Below, in pieces: positions 1 to 12,483 of a stretch of 64,000 nt of DNA (positions are counted from its first letter, which is position 1; every line of letters starts with the position of its first letter). The stretch spans positions 67,456,001 to 67,520,000 of the forward strand of contig OZ024747.1 of NCBI GenBank assembly GCA_964016885.1. The letters are read 5' to 3'. A program made the translations under genes and the position numbers. Origin of the DNA: Eledone cirrhosa (Eukaryota). The notes beneath the pieces are model-generated. The model did not search any database. It saw only the letters and a list, made by a program, of their open reading frames with translations, and was not told where the DNA came from.

Positions 1-1442
1 ATCCTTCAGTAGGATTTTAGGGAGATTTGGCTGCTATTTCTAGCACATATCAGAAAAAGTCCCCATGCAATCGCTTAATAAATTAAAAAGAGCAGACAAA
101 TCTTCCTAAAAAAATAAACACCCAAATGTCTTTAAATACATATAAAAGTTAGTTCGTATGACTTTAGATGTATTCCATCATAACAGCACATTCAGCTTCT
201 TGTATAGTCCATATACATATATACGAGTTGAAGACGTGTCTATTGCCAACCCCCGGTGCTTGGGACATGTACAATCGAGTGACTCGTCATAAAACAGGTA
301 ATTGTGGGAGTATCTTTATTTTTCTTATTGTAGGTAACATCAAGTAATTTTACATAGGTAAAAATAATTCTGTAGTAGTTTTATAAATAAAAAAATAAAA
401 AACTTCGATATGCGATAAACATAGCATGTACATAAATTGTATCTCATACAAATAGCTGTGTTTTGGTAGATAAATATAACTGCTTATCACGGTCTCCCTT
501 TCTTTCGTTGCCTAATAATCCTTGCTCTTTCCCTCTCATTTAGTTTTTTTTCCAATACTACTCTTTTTCTGTTTTGACTATTTTTAAGCAATTTTATCCT
601 AAATATGTACTTATTGTCTGATTAAATAAAAACATTTCAAGCTATCTATATTATCAGCATATTTTTTTGGGGGGGGAATATGAACTGAGCTTTTATGTAA
701 TTTCATGTACATCGTTTATTTCGATATAAAATATACGTAAACATTTTTTTTAACATGGGTATTTTCTATCCCGTATCGGCCTATATTAGAAAGATATTCT
801 AACATACTGTAAACATCAAGTCTTTATTCTAATATTGCAAATATTTACAATGATCTTCCCACTGATGTTTGCTAAACCCGTAATTTTCAGCAAATGTATA
901 TATTTGGAGTTTGGGAACTAGTACTTCACGTAAAACTGCCATACCCCGGAAAACTACGAGATCGCATGTAAGTTCCGCTTATTTGTGAGGAAATAGGGAA
1001 GTTTGGCCGTTATTTCTAGAATGTCGAGAGACCAGTTAATGGAAAATAAGTGGGGTGGGATGCGATGTAATGGAGATTTAGTTATTTCTAAGTCTACATA
1101 TAAGCTCCTTTGTAGGGAAATTATGATACTGCTAAACATTAACAAAAATAGGCGACCTGTAAACTTACCAAGAGAAACGAGCGAAAATTACTTGGATATT
1201 CGTATATAATCAATATCCGACAAGCATTGGACCAAATTTCTATATTACAGGTTAAATATAAAGAAAAAAACTTTAGAAGTGAACGCAATGGTGTCAAATC
1301 GAAAAACAATTTTATTTACGACTACAGACGCACCAGCATTCAATTATCCGAATAAAACGAGTGTAAATTGTAAAAATTAACCAACTATAATTTTAAGTAA
1401 ATCGTATATGATTAGTCAAGTATACTTTGGATATAATATAGG

Positions 1443-1458
1443 GGCCCTAAAAAGGGCC
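1443..1458 (-). promoter_or_regulatory. Histone mRNA 3' stem-loop (H3)
   Basis: Minus strand GGCCCTTTTTAGGGCC, 35 nt after the H3 stop codon. Confidence 0.95.
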
Positions 1459-1493
1459 ATTTTCCTAAGCTTAATTAAGTAACATTAAGCACC

Positions 1494-2491
<998 letters not shown>

Positions 2492-2525
2492 GCAAAATAG
2501 CAGGTAGCTTTTTTTGCACAACACC

Positions 2526-2541
2526 GGCCCTTTTCAGGGCC
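2526..2541 (+). promoter_or_regulatory. Histone mRNA 3' stem-loop (H4)
   Basis: GGCCCTTTTCAGGGCC followed by ACC. Confidence 0.97.
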
Positions 2542-3209
2542 ACCTATATTTTCATTTAAGTTAACTCCACTTACATCGATATGCTTTATTTCCTTGGGTA
2601 AGTTAGTAGCTAAGCTTTTGCTTACACGTTAATTACAGCTAGTGTAGTTTCTAATGTTAAATAAGATTGTATATTATCGTTTTTGTTTTGTACCATAACT
2701 CAAATTACGTGGTTATTTGGTACCCATTAGACATCAATACGAGAAGCAAGTACTGATGTTGAATTTATTTTCTTAATCCTGTGTTAAAAGGTTCCCGAGT
2801 AGTAGTACAGTTAATGAAAGTATATTTAATAAGTGTATCATCGTAAACGTATCTCTTAGAAATTTCATAAGGGCTCTGACACGGTGTAACTGAATGAATC
2901 TTTTTTCATGCTATAAACAAAATGGCTGTGTAAACCCTCGCACTTCAAAACAAAATTACAAACCACCTTTGTGGTCATTAAAGATGCTAGAAATAGCAGT
3001 CAGTCAATTTTATACCCTCTACCACATAAAAAAAAGAAAACGAAAACGGGAGTAACTCGTTAATATTTATTTATTGAAATATTCGGACGTGATAAAAAGG
3101 AAATTATAGAGAATTTAAATTGTTTTTTTTATTGTAATTAAGAAAGTTATAAAACTTTAAATTTAATTTTAAAAAAATATATAAATTATAATATTGAAAA
3201 GTGTCTATT

Positions 3210-3412
3210 ATACATCATAATAATGTATCCAATATAGAATATTGCCGAAAATGTTTTCTTGAATAGCTCGGCGCCAAAGGAACTCCTGAAGGTTAATGCT
3301 TCGCTTGTTCCTCTCATGACATGGAATTTGACTTTGCAAAGCTGCCTTCACACGGGTTGTTGGGTCCACAAAGTTGTAACGTTGGATTACAACTGCGGGA
3401 GAGCATTGTATG
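3210..3412 (-). mobile_element. Decayed Merlin/IS1595-like transposase C-terminal remnant
   Basis: Frameshifted minus-strand peptides YNFVDPTT, KVKFHVMRGTSEAL and LQEFLWRR resemble ISXO2/Merlin transposase motifs. Confidence 0.6.
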
Positions 3413-3542
3413 AATTAAAAAAATAATTTTACTTTCCTTAAAATTTACTTAATTACATACAAAAAAATAATTTAACGCGGGCAACAAGATAACCCAAAAC
3501 AATTTCTTTGCATTTTATTGTTGCTGTACAATTAATTCTAAT

Positions 3543-3628
3543 AGACGGCAAAGACTTTATTTACAACTAAGTTTAAAAGAATATAAGACGGCAAAGACTT
3601 TATTTACAACTAAGTTTAAAAGAATATA
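3543..3628. repeat. 43-bp tandem duplication
   Basis: AGACGGCAAAGACTTTATTTACAACTAAGTTTAAAAGAATATA twice. Confidence 0.9.
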
Positions 3629-4664
3629 TAGTACTGCTGCCATAACCAGTTAAAAATAATTGTTGTACTGGGATAGCCTTGTACCAAAAGTAGAAACAAA
3701 TATTTTCGTCGGCCCCTTATGTTTTGATATCAAATCCCGCCGGGGTTGATAAAGTACCGAGTCGATTTAATCGACTTTTCCATCCCTCAGAATTGTTGAC
3801 GTGCCTAAATCATTATTCCTCAAAACTGAAGGCTGGGTAGCTCGGAGGTCAGTTTTACCTGTAATCTCGACCTCCCATCAATGACTTTTTGTTCTTAAAT
3901 TAGACAAATATCTACATCGCTTAGTTATTTTGTTATGAAAATGTTCTAAATGCTTTTTTCTATTAAAGATCTGCTACATACTCCCTATTAAGGAAGAGGT
4001 TGTGTAGCCGGTAAGAGTGTCAGACAATGAGTTAAGACAATTCGATATCTCTTCCAAATCATTTAGTCGTCCATTCGTAATGTACGTTATACATAAACAG
4101 AAGTGTAAACCCACTCACATCTACATAATAAATACATAAACAGAAGTGTAAATTCCCATACACATCTACTTATACATTCAATTCAAACATACAAAATAAT
4201 TATTACATGCGCACACATCTGAATGGTTGAAGGGGCTCAAACACTAGACATGGACATGTCTGTCGCGTCCCTTTTATGGTTTACCGGCTACATAGCAGAT
4301 TCGATAAATCCTTTCTTTCGGACTAAACTGATCAAAGGGGCTCCAGATATGACCTTCCCTTTTATCTAGGACTGACACAGCTTTGGGATTCGAGGGAGAT
4401 TTGGCTATTATTCCTAGCAGCTGGCGCGACTGCAGAGAAACTTTGCAGAGGATACGTCATTATTAATTACGAGCCACTCCACACCAGTCTTAGTCCTGGA
4501 CCGTATAAGAAAAATAAAAAGCAGATATTTTATTCAGTTGTAATAATAACATTACAAATCGTTTGCAATTCTTTCAGATTACATTTTAAATACTTACTCA
4601 AATAATATAAGTATATTTCGCAATCAATGACAAAACAGGCGGTAAACAATACATAAAATGTAGT

Positions 4665-4680
4665 GGCCCTAAAAAGGACC
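4665..4680 (-). promoter_or_regulatory. Histone mRNA 3' stem-loop (H2A)
   Basis: Minus strand GGTCCTTTTTAGGGCC, 37 nt after the H2A stop codon. Confidence 0.93.
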
Positions 4681-4717
4681 GTTGATAGTAAAATAAACAC
4701 AATTTCTGATAATGTAT

Positions 4718-5095
4718 TTACTTGGCGGCTTTCTGGGTCTTCTTGGGGAGAAGTACAGCCTGGATGTTGGGAAGAACACCACCCTGGGCGATGGTCACTC
4801 CAGACAAAAGTTTGTTCAATTCTTCGTCATTACGGATGGCCAACTGCAAGTGACGGGGAATAATTCTGGATTTTTTATTATCTCTGGCAGCATTTCCTGC
4901 CAATTCCAACACCTCAGCAGCTAAATATTCCATAACAGCAGCCAGGTAAACTGGAGCGCCGGCACCAATACGTTGGGCATAGTTTCCTTTACGGAGAAGA
5001 CGGTGAATACGACCAACGGGGAACTGAAGTCCGGCACGAGATGAACGAGTCTTGCTCTTTCCCTTCACTTTTCCTCCTTTACCACGTCCAGACAT
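4718..5095 (-). CDS. H2A: Histone H2A, canonical type
   Basis: 125-aa [12 protein letters not shown]...AGLQFPVGR...[11 protein letters not shown]; stem-loop downstream. Confidence 0.99.
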   Translation of the reverse strand: MSGRGKGGKVKGKSKTRSSRAGLQFPVGRIHRLLRKGNYAQRIGAGAPVYLAAVMEYLAAEVLELAGNAARDNKKSRIIPRHLQLAIRNDEELNKLLSGVTIAQGGVLPNIQAVLLPKKTQKAAK

Positions 5096-5270
5096 AATGA
5101 GTATTAAGATTTGAGTAGCGAAAATAGAGTATGAAGCATGGAACAGCTTTCTGTCTTTAAATACACAACAATAGGCCCCAAAAACAGTAGGATAAAGAGG
5201 CGGGAAATATCATGCTGTGGTCACATGACTCACGGAGCCAGCAATTTCCACCAATCAAATTACTGCTAAA
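5096..5270 (-). promoter_or_regulatory. H2A promoter
   Basis: TATTTAAA (minus) near 5156-5163, E2F-like GGCGGGAAA at 5199, CCAAT near 5251. Confidence 0.6.
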
Positions 5271-5338
5271 TTGTTTAGAGAAGTTGCGCTGGTGAGCCTA
5301 CCTGTCAAGTACCTACCTGCTTACTTACTCGTTTATCA

Positions 5339-5457
5339 AGGCGCCTCCTTCCTATTGAGGATTTTGCCTTCTCCTTATTGAGGACGCTTTTTTATGTAAA
5401 CTCCCCCCATTGTACTTGTCCCACTTTTTGATACCCTGGTGGCAAATAAAAAGAAAG
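5339..5457 (+). mobile_element. Short 3'-end fragment of a Tx1-like non-LTR retrotransposon
   Basis: Near-identical, apart from an internal gap, to the 3' UTR at 6438-6604 (GGCGCCTCC...CCCTGGTGGCAAATAAAAAGAAA). Confidence 0.8.
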
Positions 5458-5519
5458 TTATCTATTTTAATCTTTGTTTATCAATATTTCTATTTAACCA
5501 TCTATCTATACGTATTCCT

Positions 5520-6604
5520 CACCGGTCAACCGGTGTGGGCCTCGTTTGTGGGACGAACCTTTCCCAGACTCGTCTCACTCACCAAGCTGCAATCCTGGGT
5601 CAAGCAAAGACCGAGAAAACTGGGCGCCTGGCACACTGAGTGTGCCCAGGCGCTCACCGCCCTCTGGCAGGCGGATCCGGTTATCAGTGGAGACTCCACC
5701 GCAACATTCTATAGACGGCTGGTACGCAGCAGGTGCGACGACGCCCTCGGAGAAGCCCTAGACATGGAGGAGGACGAACTGGCCAGCCTGTTCGGTAGGA
5801 CATTCAGCCCGGGACCTATGGACAACTTCCAGAAGTCCCTGGCCTGGCAGTGCTACCGAGGGGCTTTACCCGTTCGAGAAAGGCTCTACAGACACGGGCG
5901 CCCGAGTAGGGACACCGCCAAAAAGATCTGTCCCAGATGCGTGTGCGACGAGGAAACCGTGGCACACGCATTGGTACACTGCTCGGGCGTAGCCGATCTG
6001 TGGGGCTATGTCGAACAACTGCTGTCAAGGGTGGGACCGATCCGGTTGACCACCGAGTCTATTGTAATGATCAAGCCGCCTCCCCCCTTCAAAGATGAAG
6101 CAGAGGCGGTGTTTCTGTGTGTAATAGCCATGGTGAAAGAGGTTGTATGGTGGAGGCGTCTGAAAGGACTGAGGTCAGGCACCTTTCTCTCTGGCCAACA
6201 ACTGGTCCGTTTCTTCTGATATCATTTCGGAAGAAGGATCAGGATGGAGAGAGAGATGCTGCACCCCAGTCGTTTCTATGAAAGGTGGGTGAAAGTGGCG
6301 AGAATGGCCCGTGTGAATGGGCCTTCTCTTTACATAAGCCTGTAGGTGGAAAAGAGGAAGGAACGAGGGAGCACCCCCTCTCTGTGCTCCTGAGGAAAAG
6401 GGTTGCACACTTTTTTCGGGGGTGTGTGCGACCCCGCAAGGCGCCTCCTCTCTATTGAGGATTTTGTTATAAATTTTATTTTTTGTTATATATTATTTTT
6501 ATATATTGTTATTGCCTCCTCCTCCTTATTGAGGACGCCTTTTTGTGTAAACTCCCCCCTTGTACTTGTCCCACTTTTGATGCCCTGGTGGCAAATAAAA
6601 GAAA
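5520..6604 (+). mobile_element. 5'-truncated Tx1/L1-clade retrotransposon (ORF2 C-terminus plus 3' UTR)
   Basis: GC-rich ORF with zf-RVT-like CPRC...ETVAHALVHC; in-frame TGA at 6217, frame continues (FYERW) to TAG near 6345; ends in AATAAAAGAAA. Confidence 0.85.
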
Positions 6605-6869
6605 CATATCTATCTACTATAAATAAAACTGAGAACGCGCATAGTTATAGAATTTTGATTGCGAATTACTCTAACCTTAACCATACAATAAATAATTTTT
6701 ACCCGCTAAGAATCTCTCAATCGGGGAACATTTTCTTCAATTTCTGCCAGTATTACAAAACAATTTCTTTGCATGTACAATTAAGTATATTTACATTGAT
6801 CCTAATACACGACAGATTAAGACATTTTATTTATAACTAAGTTTAAAAGAATATAGTACTGCTGCCATA

Positions 6870-7062
6870 ATAATGGTTTCTACTTTTGGCACAAGGCCAG
6901 CAATTATCCAGTACATTACTGGTACTTTATTTTATCGACCCCGTGAGGATGAAAGACAGTTAATCTCGGCGGGATTTGAATTCAGTCCGTAAAGGGACGT
7001 AACTCTGTGTTACAAAGCATGGCGTCCGACCATCTACTGATACTGCTAATCCGTTGCACTAG
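6870..7062 (-). mobile_element. tRNA-derived SINE with Meta-domain-like core
   Basis: Minus strand B-box GAATTCAAATCC and core TTTCATCCTCACGGGGTCGATAAAATAAAGTACC; many copies in window. Confidence 0.8.
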
Positions 7063-7200
7063 TAATGCTGGCCTTGTGCCAAAAGTAGAAACAAATATTC
7101 TTCATCGGTAGTGTCGGTCCCTTATGTTTTGATTGCAAATACCGCCGGGGTTGATAAAATATAAAGTACCAGTAAAGCACCGAGTCGATTTAACTTTTCC

Positions 7201-9227
7201 AGTATAATAAGTAAGGCAATCAAGGATATGAAGACGGGTAAGGCAGCTGGGCCTTCGGAAATAGTTGCTGAGATGCTGAAGGCATCTGGCTCGGTGGGAC
7301 ACACCATGGTCACCCGGATAGTTAACCAAGTCGTACAGAATGGGGTTGTTCTGAAGGACTGGCGTAGCAGCATCATTGTTAACTGTTATAAGGGTAAAGG
7401 AGATGCCCTAGATAGGAGTAACTATAGAGGCATTAAATTAATCGACCAGGTCATGAAGGTCACGGAAAAAGTAATAGCGCAACTAATCAGAGAGAGAATT
7501 GACCTAGATGAAATGCAGTTCGGGTTTGTGTCAGGCAAAAGTACCACAGACGCTCTTTTCATTGTACGACAACTACAGGAGAAGTACCTAGCTAAAAGTA
7601 AACCCCTCTACTTAGCTTTTGTCGACTTGGAGAAAGCCTTCGACAGAGTCCCCCGTTCCATTATCTGGTGGGCTCTTAGAAAACTAGGTGTCGACGAATG
7701 GCTTGTGAGAGCTATACAAGCCATGTATAAAGAAACAGTCAGCAAGGTTAGAATTAGCAACGAATATAGTGAAGAATTTAGCATAAAAGTTGGTGTTCAT
7801 CAAAGCTCTATCCTTAGCCCCCTCCTATTTATTATTGCCCTTCAGGCTATAACAGAGGAGTTCAAGACCGGATGCCCATGGGAACTTCTATACGCTGATG
7901 ATCTAACTCTCATAGCTAAATTGATGGCTGAACTAGAGAAGAAATTCCAAACATGGAAGAATGGCCTAGAATCAAAAGGCCTTAAAGTTAACTTGTCTAA
8001 GACTAAAGTTCTAGTATGTAGAAAGGAATATAGGGCACAGGTCCCCTCTGAGAAATGGCCATGCTCAGTGTGTAGGAATGGAGTAGGTAGAAACTCCATT
8101 TTGTGTCAGAAATGCAAAGTATGGGTGCATAAAAGATGTAGTGGGATCACAGGTAAGCTAACTAAGAACATAGATTTCACATGTGGCCGGTGCTCTGGTG
8201 CAATAAGTAGCAGCAAGTGCCCACAAAATACTAGCTCTTTCAACTGCGCAGAGGGCTCTATAGAAATAGTGGACAGCTTCCGTTACCTGGGTGACAAAAT
8301 CAGCAGGGGGGGGGGGGCGCTCTGAAAGTACAGTAGCTAGAGTCAGAACTGGATGGAAAAAGTTCAGAGAGCTTATACCACTATTAGCCGCTAAAGGGTT
8401 CTCCCTAAAAATGAAAGGCAGGTTGTATGATGCCTGCATACGAACAGCAATGTTGCATGGCAGTGAGACCTGGGCATTGTGTGCAGAGGATATACGCAGA
8501 CTAGAGAGGAACGAAGCTTGCATGCTCCGCTGGATGTGTAATAGTAATATACGTGAACAGCAAAGCATAAACGAACTAAGGAAAAAATTAGAAATAAGAG
8601 GGATCAGATGTTGTTTACTCGAGAGAAGGCTACGTTGGTATGGTCACGTGATGCGCATGAAAGACGACAGCTGTATAACAAAGTGCAGGGCAATAAAGAT
8701 AGACGGTAGCCACGGAATAGGCAGACCTAGAAAAACCTGGGACGAGCTGATAAACTCCGACCTCACACACTTACACCTCTCTAAGACAATGTCACTGGAC
8801 CGAGACCTTTGGCGGTACTCAGTAATAGAGAAGACCCGCCTTACCTAAATACATAGTAAAACCTACTACAGTCAGTAGGCATCTCTAACAAAATACACCC
8901 CCGCCCCACCACCCCCAACCCCATCCACACCGCCCCCTTCTATGTAAAGTTGTGTTGGTGCCACACCATCCAGGCCGAAACAAATGAGATCGTGTAGGTG
9001 TCACGACAAAAAACACACAGTCCACGCTGTAATGTGGCCGTGTAGGCAACACGGTAAAAACCTCCCAGCCCCACACTGTAAATGTGGTTGGTGTTAGGAA
9101 GGGCATCCAACTGTAGAAAACCTGCCAGACAGTCCTATGCGAGCAAGACAATCACTCTTGCCAAGTGGGAAAACCCCCCGTCCAAACCCATGCAAGCATA
9201 GAACACGGACGTTAAATGTTGATGATG
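7201..9227 (+). mobile_element. 5'-truncated RTE-clade LINE
   Basis: RT ORF 7228-8325 (NYRGI, QFGF, AFVDLEKAFDRV, YADD) plus frameshifted continuation 8291-8848 (RLRWYGHVMR, GRPRKTW); (GAT)n tail; ends fixed by an empty paralogous site near 3781. Confidence 0.93.
7228..8848 (+). pseudogene. RTE reverse transcriptase with PHD-like zinc finger, one frameshift
   Basis: Two overlapping ORFs joined at a poly-G run near 8306-8318; no endonuclease domain. Confidence 0.88.
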
Positions 9228-9537
9228 ATCCCTCAATTGTTGACGTGCCTAAATCGTTATACCCAGCCCAGGATGTAAAGGAGCCGGCCCCTTTACTTTA
9301 CGTTCTGACATAATGAGAATTTAGATTTGAGCTTTAAATACACAATAGGCTCCAAAAACAGTCAGCTAACGAGGTGGAAAATATGTTGTCACATAATTCA
9401 CGGAACCAGAGAAGTTGTCACATAATTCACGGAACCAGAGAAGTTGTGCTTGTCAAGTACCTACCTGCTTACTTCCTCATTTATCAATATATCTATCTAT
9501 CTACCTACCTATCTATTTTAATCTTTGTTTATCAATC

Positions 9538-9763
9538 TGTAGTAAGACGCCTCACGCTCCTTGATAGAACAACGCCGGTTGAGAACGCCAGAAAGAAAAG
9601 ACAGACAGCCACTGGAAAGCCGACGGATCACACGCCACATACCAGCCTCTGTACAACACCATTGTTTGTGCTACAACAAAAAATAAACGTATATTTCATC
9701 TCTAATTTCTACTGTTATTATGTCACTTGCATCTCGATAACATCTACAACTAATACTGCTAAA
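9538..9763 (+). mobile_element. Solo LTR (Gypsy-like)
   Basis: TGTAG...CTAAA ends (likely CTACA originally), AATC 4-bp duplication on both sides, internal AATAAA, absent from the paralogous site near 5483. Confidence 0.7.
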
Positions 9764-10033
9764 AATCTTTCTATTTTCCCATCTATCTACCTACTATAAA
9801 TAAAAGATTACGAATTACCCTAACCCTTTGGCAGGACCAAAGTTGCTCTTAATTACCTTATAAAACTCATCTTTTGTTTCCATCAGCAGAGCACTGGATT
9901 TATGTGGTTCTGCAATCCACTAGGAGTTTTTGCTTTCTCTTAGCCTATGTTGTGTTTTACTCCAAGTCTTTTCCATACGGGAGAGTGAACTCAAATTTGC
10001 AATGGGAGCAATGAAAACAACAGATTTCTCCCT

Positions 10034-10374
10034 TAACCCTTTAGCATTTAAACTAGCCATATCCAGCCATAATTCTCTCACCTCTTTCTGGTCAAATCAG
10101 TCATAACCAGCTGCTTTTACTGATGTTAAGGTATTGTTCTCAAAATATATAACATCAAAATCTCATATATTCGATATTACGTAAGTCTTTACTGTGAAAA
10201 TATAGTAAATATAGATTAATGTAAATGCTAAAGGGTTAAACTGGCCGTAACTGGCTGCTCATCCAACATTAAGGTATTTTTCTCAAAATAAATGATATCA
10301 ACATCTCATAGATTTGATATTTTGTGAGATAAAGCCTTTACTGAGAATATACAGTAGTAAATGCTAAAGGGTTA
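10034..10374. mobile_element. piggyBac-type MITE with partial tandem copy
   Basis: TTAA-CCCTTTAGCATTTA ... TAAATGCTAAAGGG-TTAA; related copies at about 13674-13888, 22752-22924, 25428-25605, 33094-33304 and 33441-33684. Confidence 0.8.
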
Positions 10375-11807
10375 ACTGTGTGATAGTAACTCATTAGCAG
10401 ACTTTATAAGTCTGCTAATAGAAATATTGAAAACTTCTTTTGATGTCAATTGTAGGGTTTCAAGCAGTGCACTCAAAATATCTTCAATTTCAGCTTTCTG
10501 ATAGTAGTCACCATCCAAGGAGGGAATATGAATATTATTGAGTTGAGATTGAAGTCTATTCTGGAATAGATCTCAGAGATGCTTATCAAAACCAGGTTTG
10601 GATGGTTGCTGTGTTGCAGGTAAGTGTTGTATGACACAGAATGTAGAGTGCACAAGATGGTGGTTTATCCTGCACTCTGTACCTCTCATAACTCTTTGAG
10701 AGGATCATGTAGATGGTCAATAATGTAATCCAAGAGATGCCGTTTTCTTAACCATGGGTACTTCTAGTTGATTCTCTGCTTGGTTGGGCTACCATTACAC
10801 CAAAGTGTTACTGGCCACTTGCTCAGCATTTTAAAGCTTTATCTATATATATACTATAAACCCAATTTGTTTGACTATTTTTCATTGAAAATAAACCTGT
10901 TGAAGTAGCTTATGTTAAGTATACATTAAACATTCAAAACTTGTTCAACACCTTGTGAATGTGATTGATTCAATATTTGCATTCACTAGCCAATATATAA
11001 GGCCTAAAAATGAGGGGTAAATTGTCAATCTCACTCTGGTGTAATGGTTGCACAGCTGTCCAGCATACGCTATTGGGAGTTTGAATCCTAGAGGCAATAA
11101 TATACACTTTTTTGTTTCTAGGGACTTTATGTGCCCAGCTTATTTGATTATAATCAATAAACCTGCATTGAAGCAGCTTATGTGAAGCTAATACACATTA
11201 AAACTTTGTTCAGTGCAATATAATCAATGTTTATATCCACTGGCCAATAAATAAGGCTTAAAACTGATAGGTAAAGTTAAATATTTAATTGCTTTATAGA
11301 GCAGCTGCATAAAGAAATGCAGAGAAACCCCAGTGGTTGGGACCCATGGAAGAGGCAGACCCAGGAAGACATAGGATGGAGTTGTAAAGCTGACATTAAA
11401 AAGCTAAACCTTACAATGGAAATGACTAAAGACTGCAAGGGCTGGTGTCAGATCAGACCAAGGAAACCATGTTTCTTATGTTCTTTCCATTGCTGATACT
11501 ATCTGCGGGTTGCAACTCCTGGTAAGAAGAGGTAGGTTTTGAACTCAAAACACTCTGCAAAACATCCAGTCTGACTCTCTAATAATTCTGCCAATCCTCC
11601 CACACTCCTTAGACTGGTACTTTATTTATCAATCCCAAAGAATAAAAGTTCAGGATTTAAACTCAGGACACAGAGAGTCAGAACAAATACCTACCTCTGC
11701 TAATTCATCACACATTCATATAATATTGGGTGATGTACTGCATATACAATACAGGAACATATCTCCTCTGTATAATAGAGAGCTATATACTGTTCATATA
11801 ACACAAA

Positions 11808-12140
11808 GTGCATGGCTTAGTGGTTAGAGCATTGGGCTTGCTGCAATTAGGAGCTTGTGAGTTCAATTCTCAGACTGGGTGATGCATTGTGTCCTTGAAC
11901 AAGACACTTTATTTCACATTGCTCCAATTTACTCAGCTGTAGAAATGAGTCATGATGTCACTGGTGCCAAGCTGTATCAACCATGTGTCAACATTAGTGG
12001 CATGGATAGGGGAGACTGGTATGCATAGGCGACTGCTGATCTTCCACAAACAGCCTTTCCTGGACTAGTGCCTTGGAAGGGAACTTTCTAGGTGCAAATC
12101 CCATGGTCATTTGTGACTGAAGGGGGTCTTTACCCTTTTA
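11808..12140 (+). mobile_element. tRNA-derived CORE-type SINE
   Basis: A-box TGGCTTAGTGG, B-box GAGTTCAATTC, core TGTGTCCTTGAACAAGACACTT; relatives at about 23683-23960, 28600-28840, 39170-39470 and 51730-51980. Confidence 0.75.
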
Positions 12141-12189
12141 TAGATTGTATATACAATACAGCAATATATATTATACATACATATAGGGT

Positions 12190-12221
<32 letters not shown>

Positions 12222-12437
12222 TTATTAAAATAACAGATTAAAGTTTAAGCAAAGAATCGCTGCTTTCACCCTTAACGGGATCTTCAGAAGATCCCGTTAA
12301 GGGTGAAAGCAGCGATTCTTTGCTTAAACTTTAATCTGTTATTTTAATAAATATTTGCTCTACGGTTCTTATATATTTGATATATATTTATCCTTATCGA
12401 GCCCTCTTTGGATTGTAGTCTTCAATTTTATTATTAT

Positions 12438-12440
<3 letters not shown>
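12222..12440. mobile_element. Penelope-like pLTR fragment with perfect palindrome and hammerhead-like core
   Basis: 64-bp perfect arms centred at 12286, (TA)n on both sides; same family at 35860-36925 and 41430-41605. Confidence 0.65.

Positions 12441-12483
<43 letters not shown>

Noticed and set aside
195-290. Possible H2B remnant (TATAGT...ATATACATATAT resembling YSIYIY)
   Set aside because: No frame continues into KVLKQVHPDTG; similarity is explained by low complexity.
6606-6640. Helitron-like 5' end (TCTATCTACTATAAATAAAA)
   Set aside because: No matching 3' hairpin-CTAG seen nearby, and it overlaps a TATC repeat.
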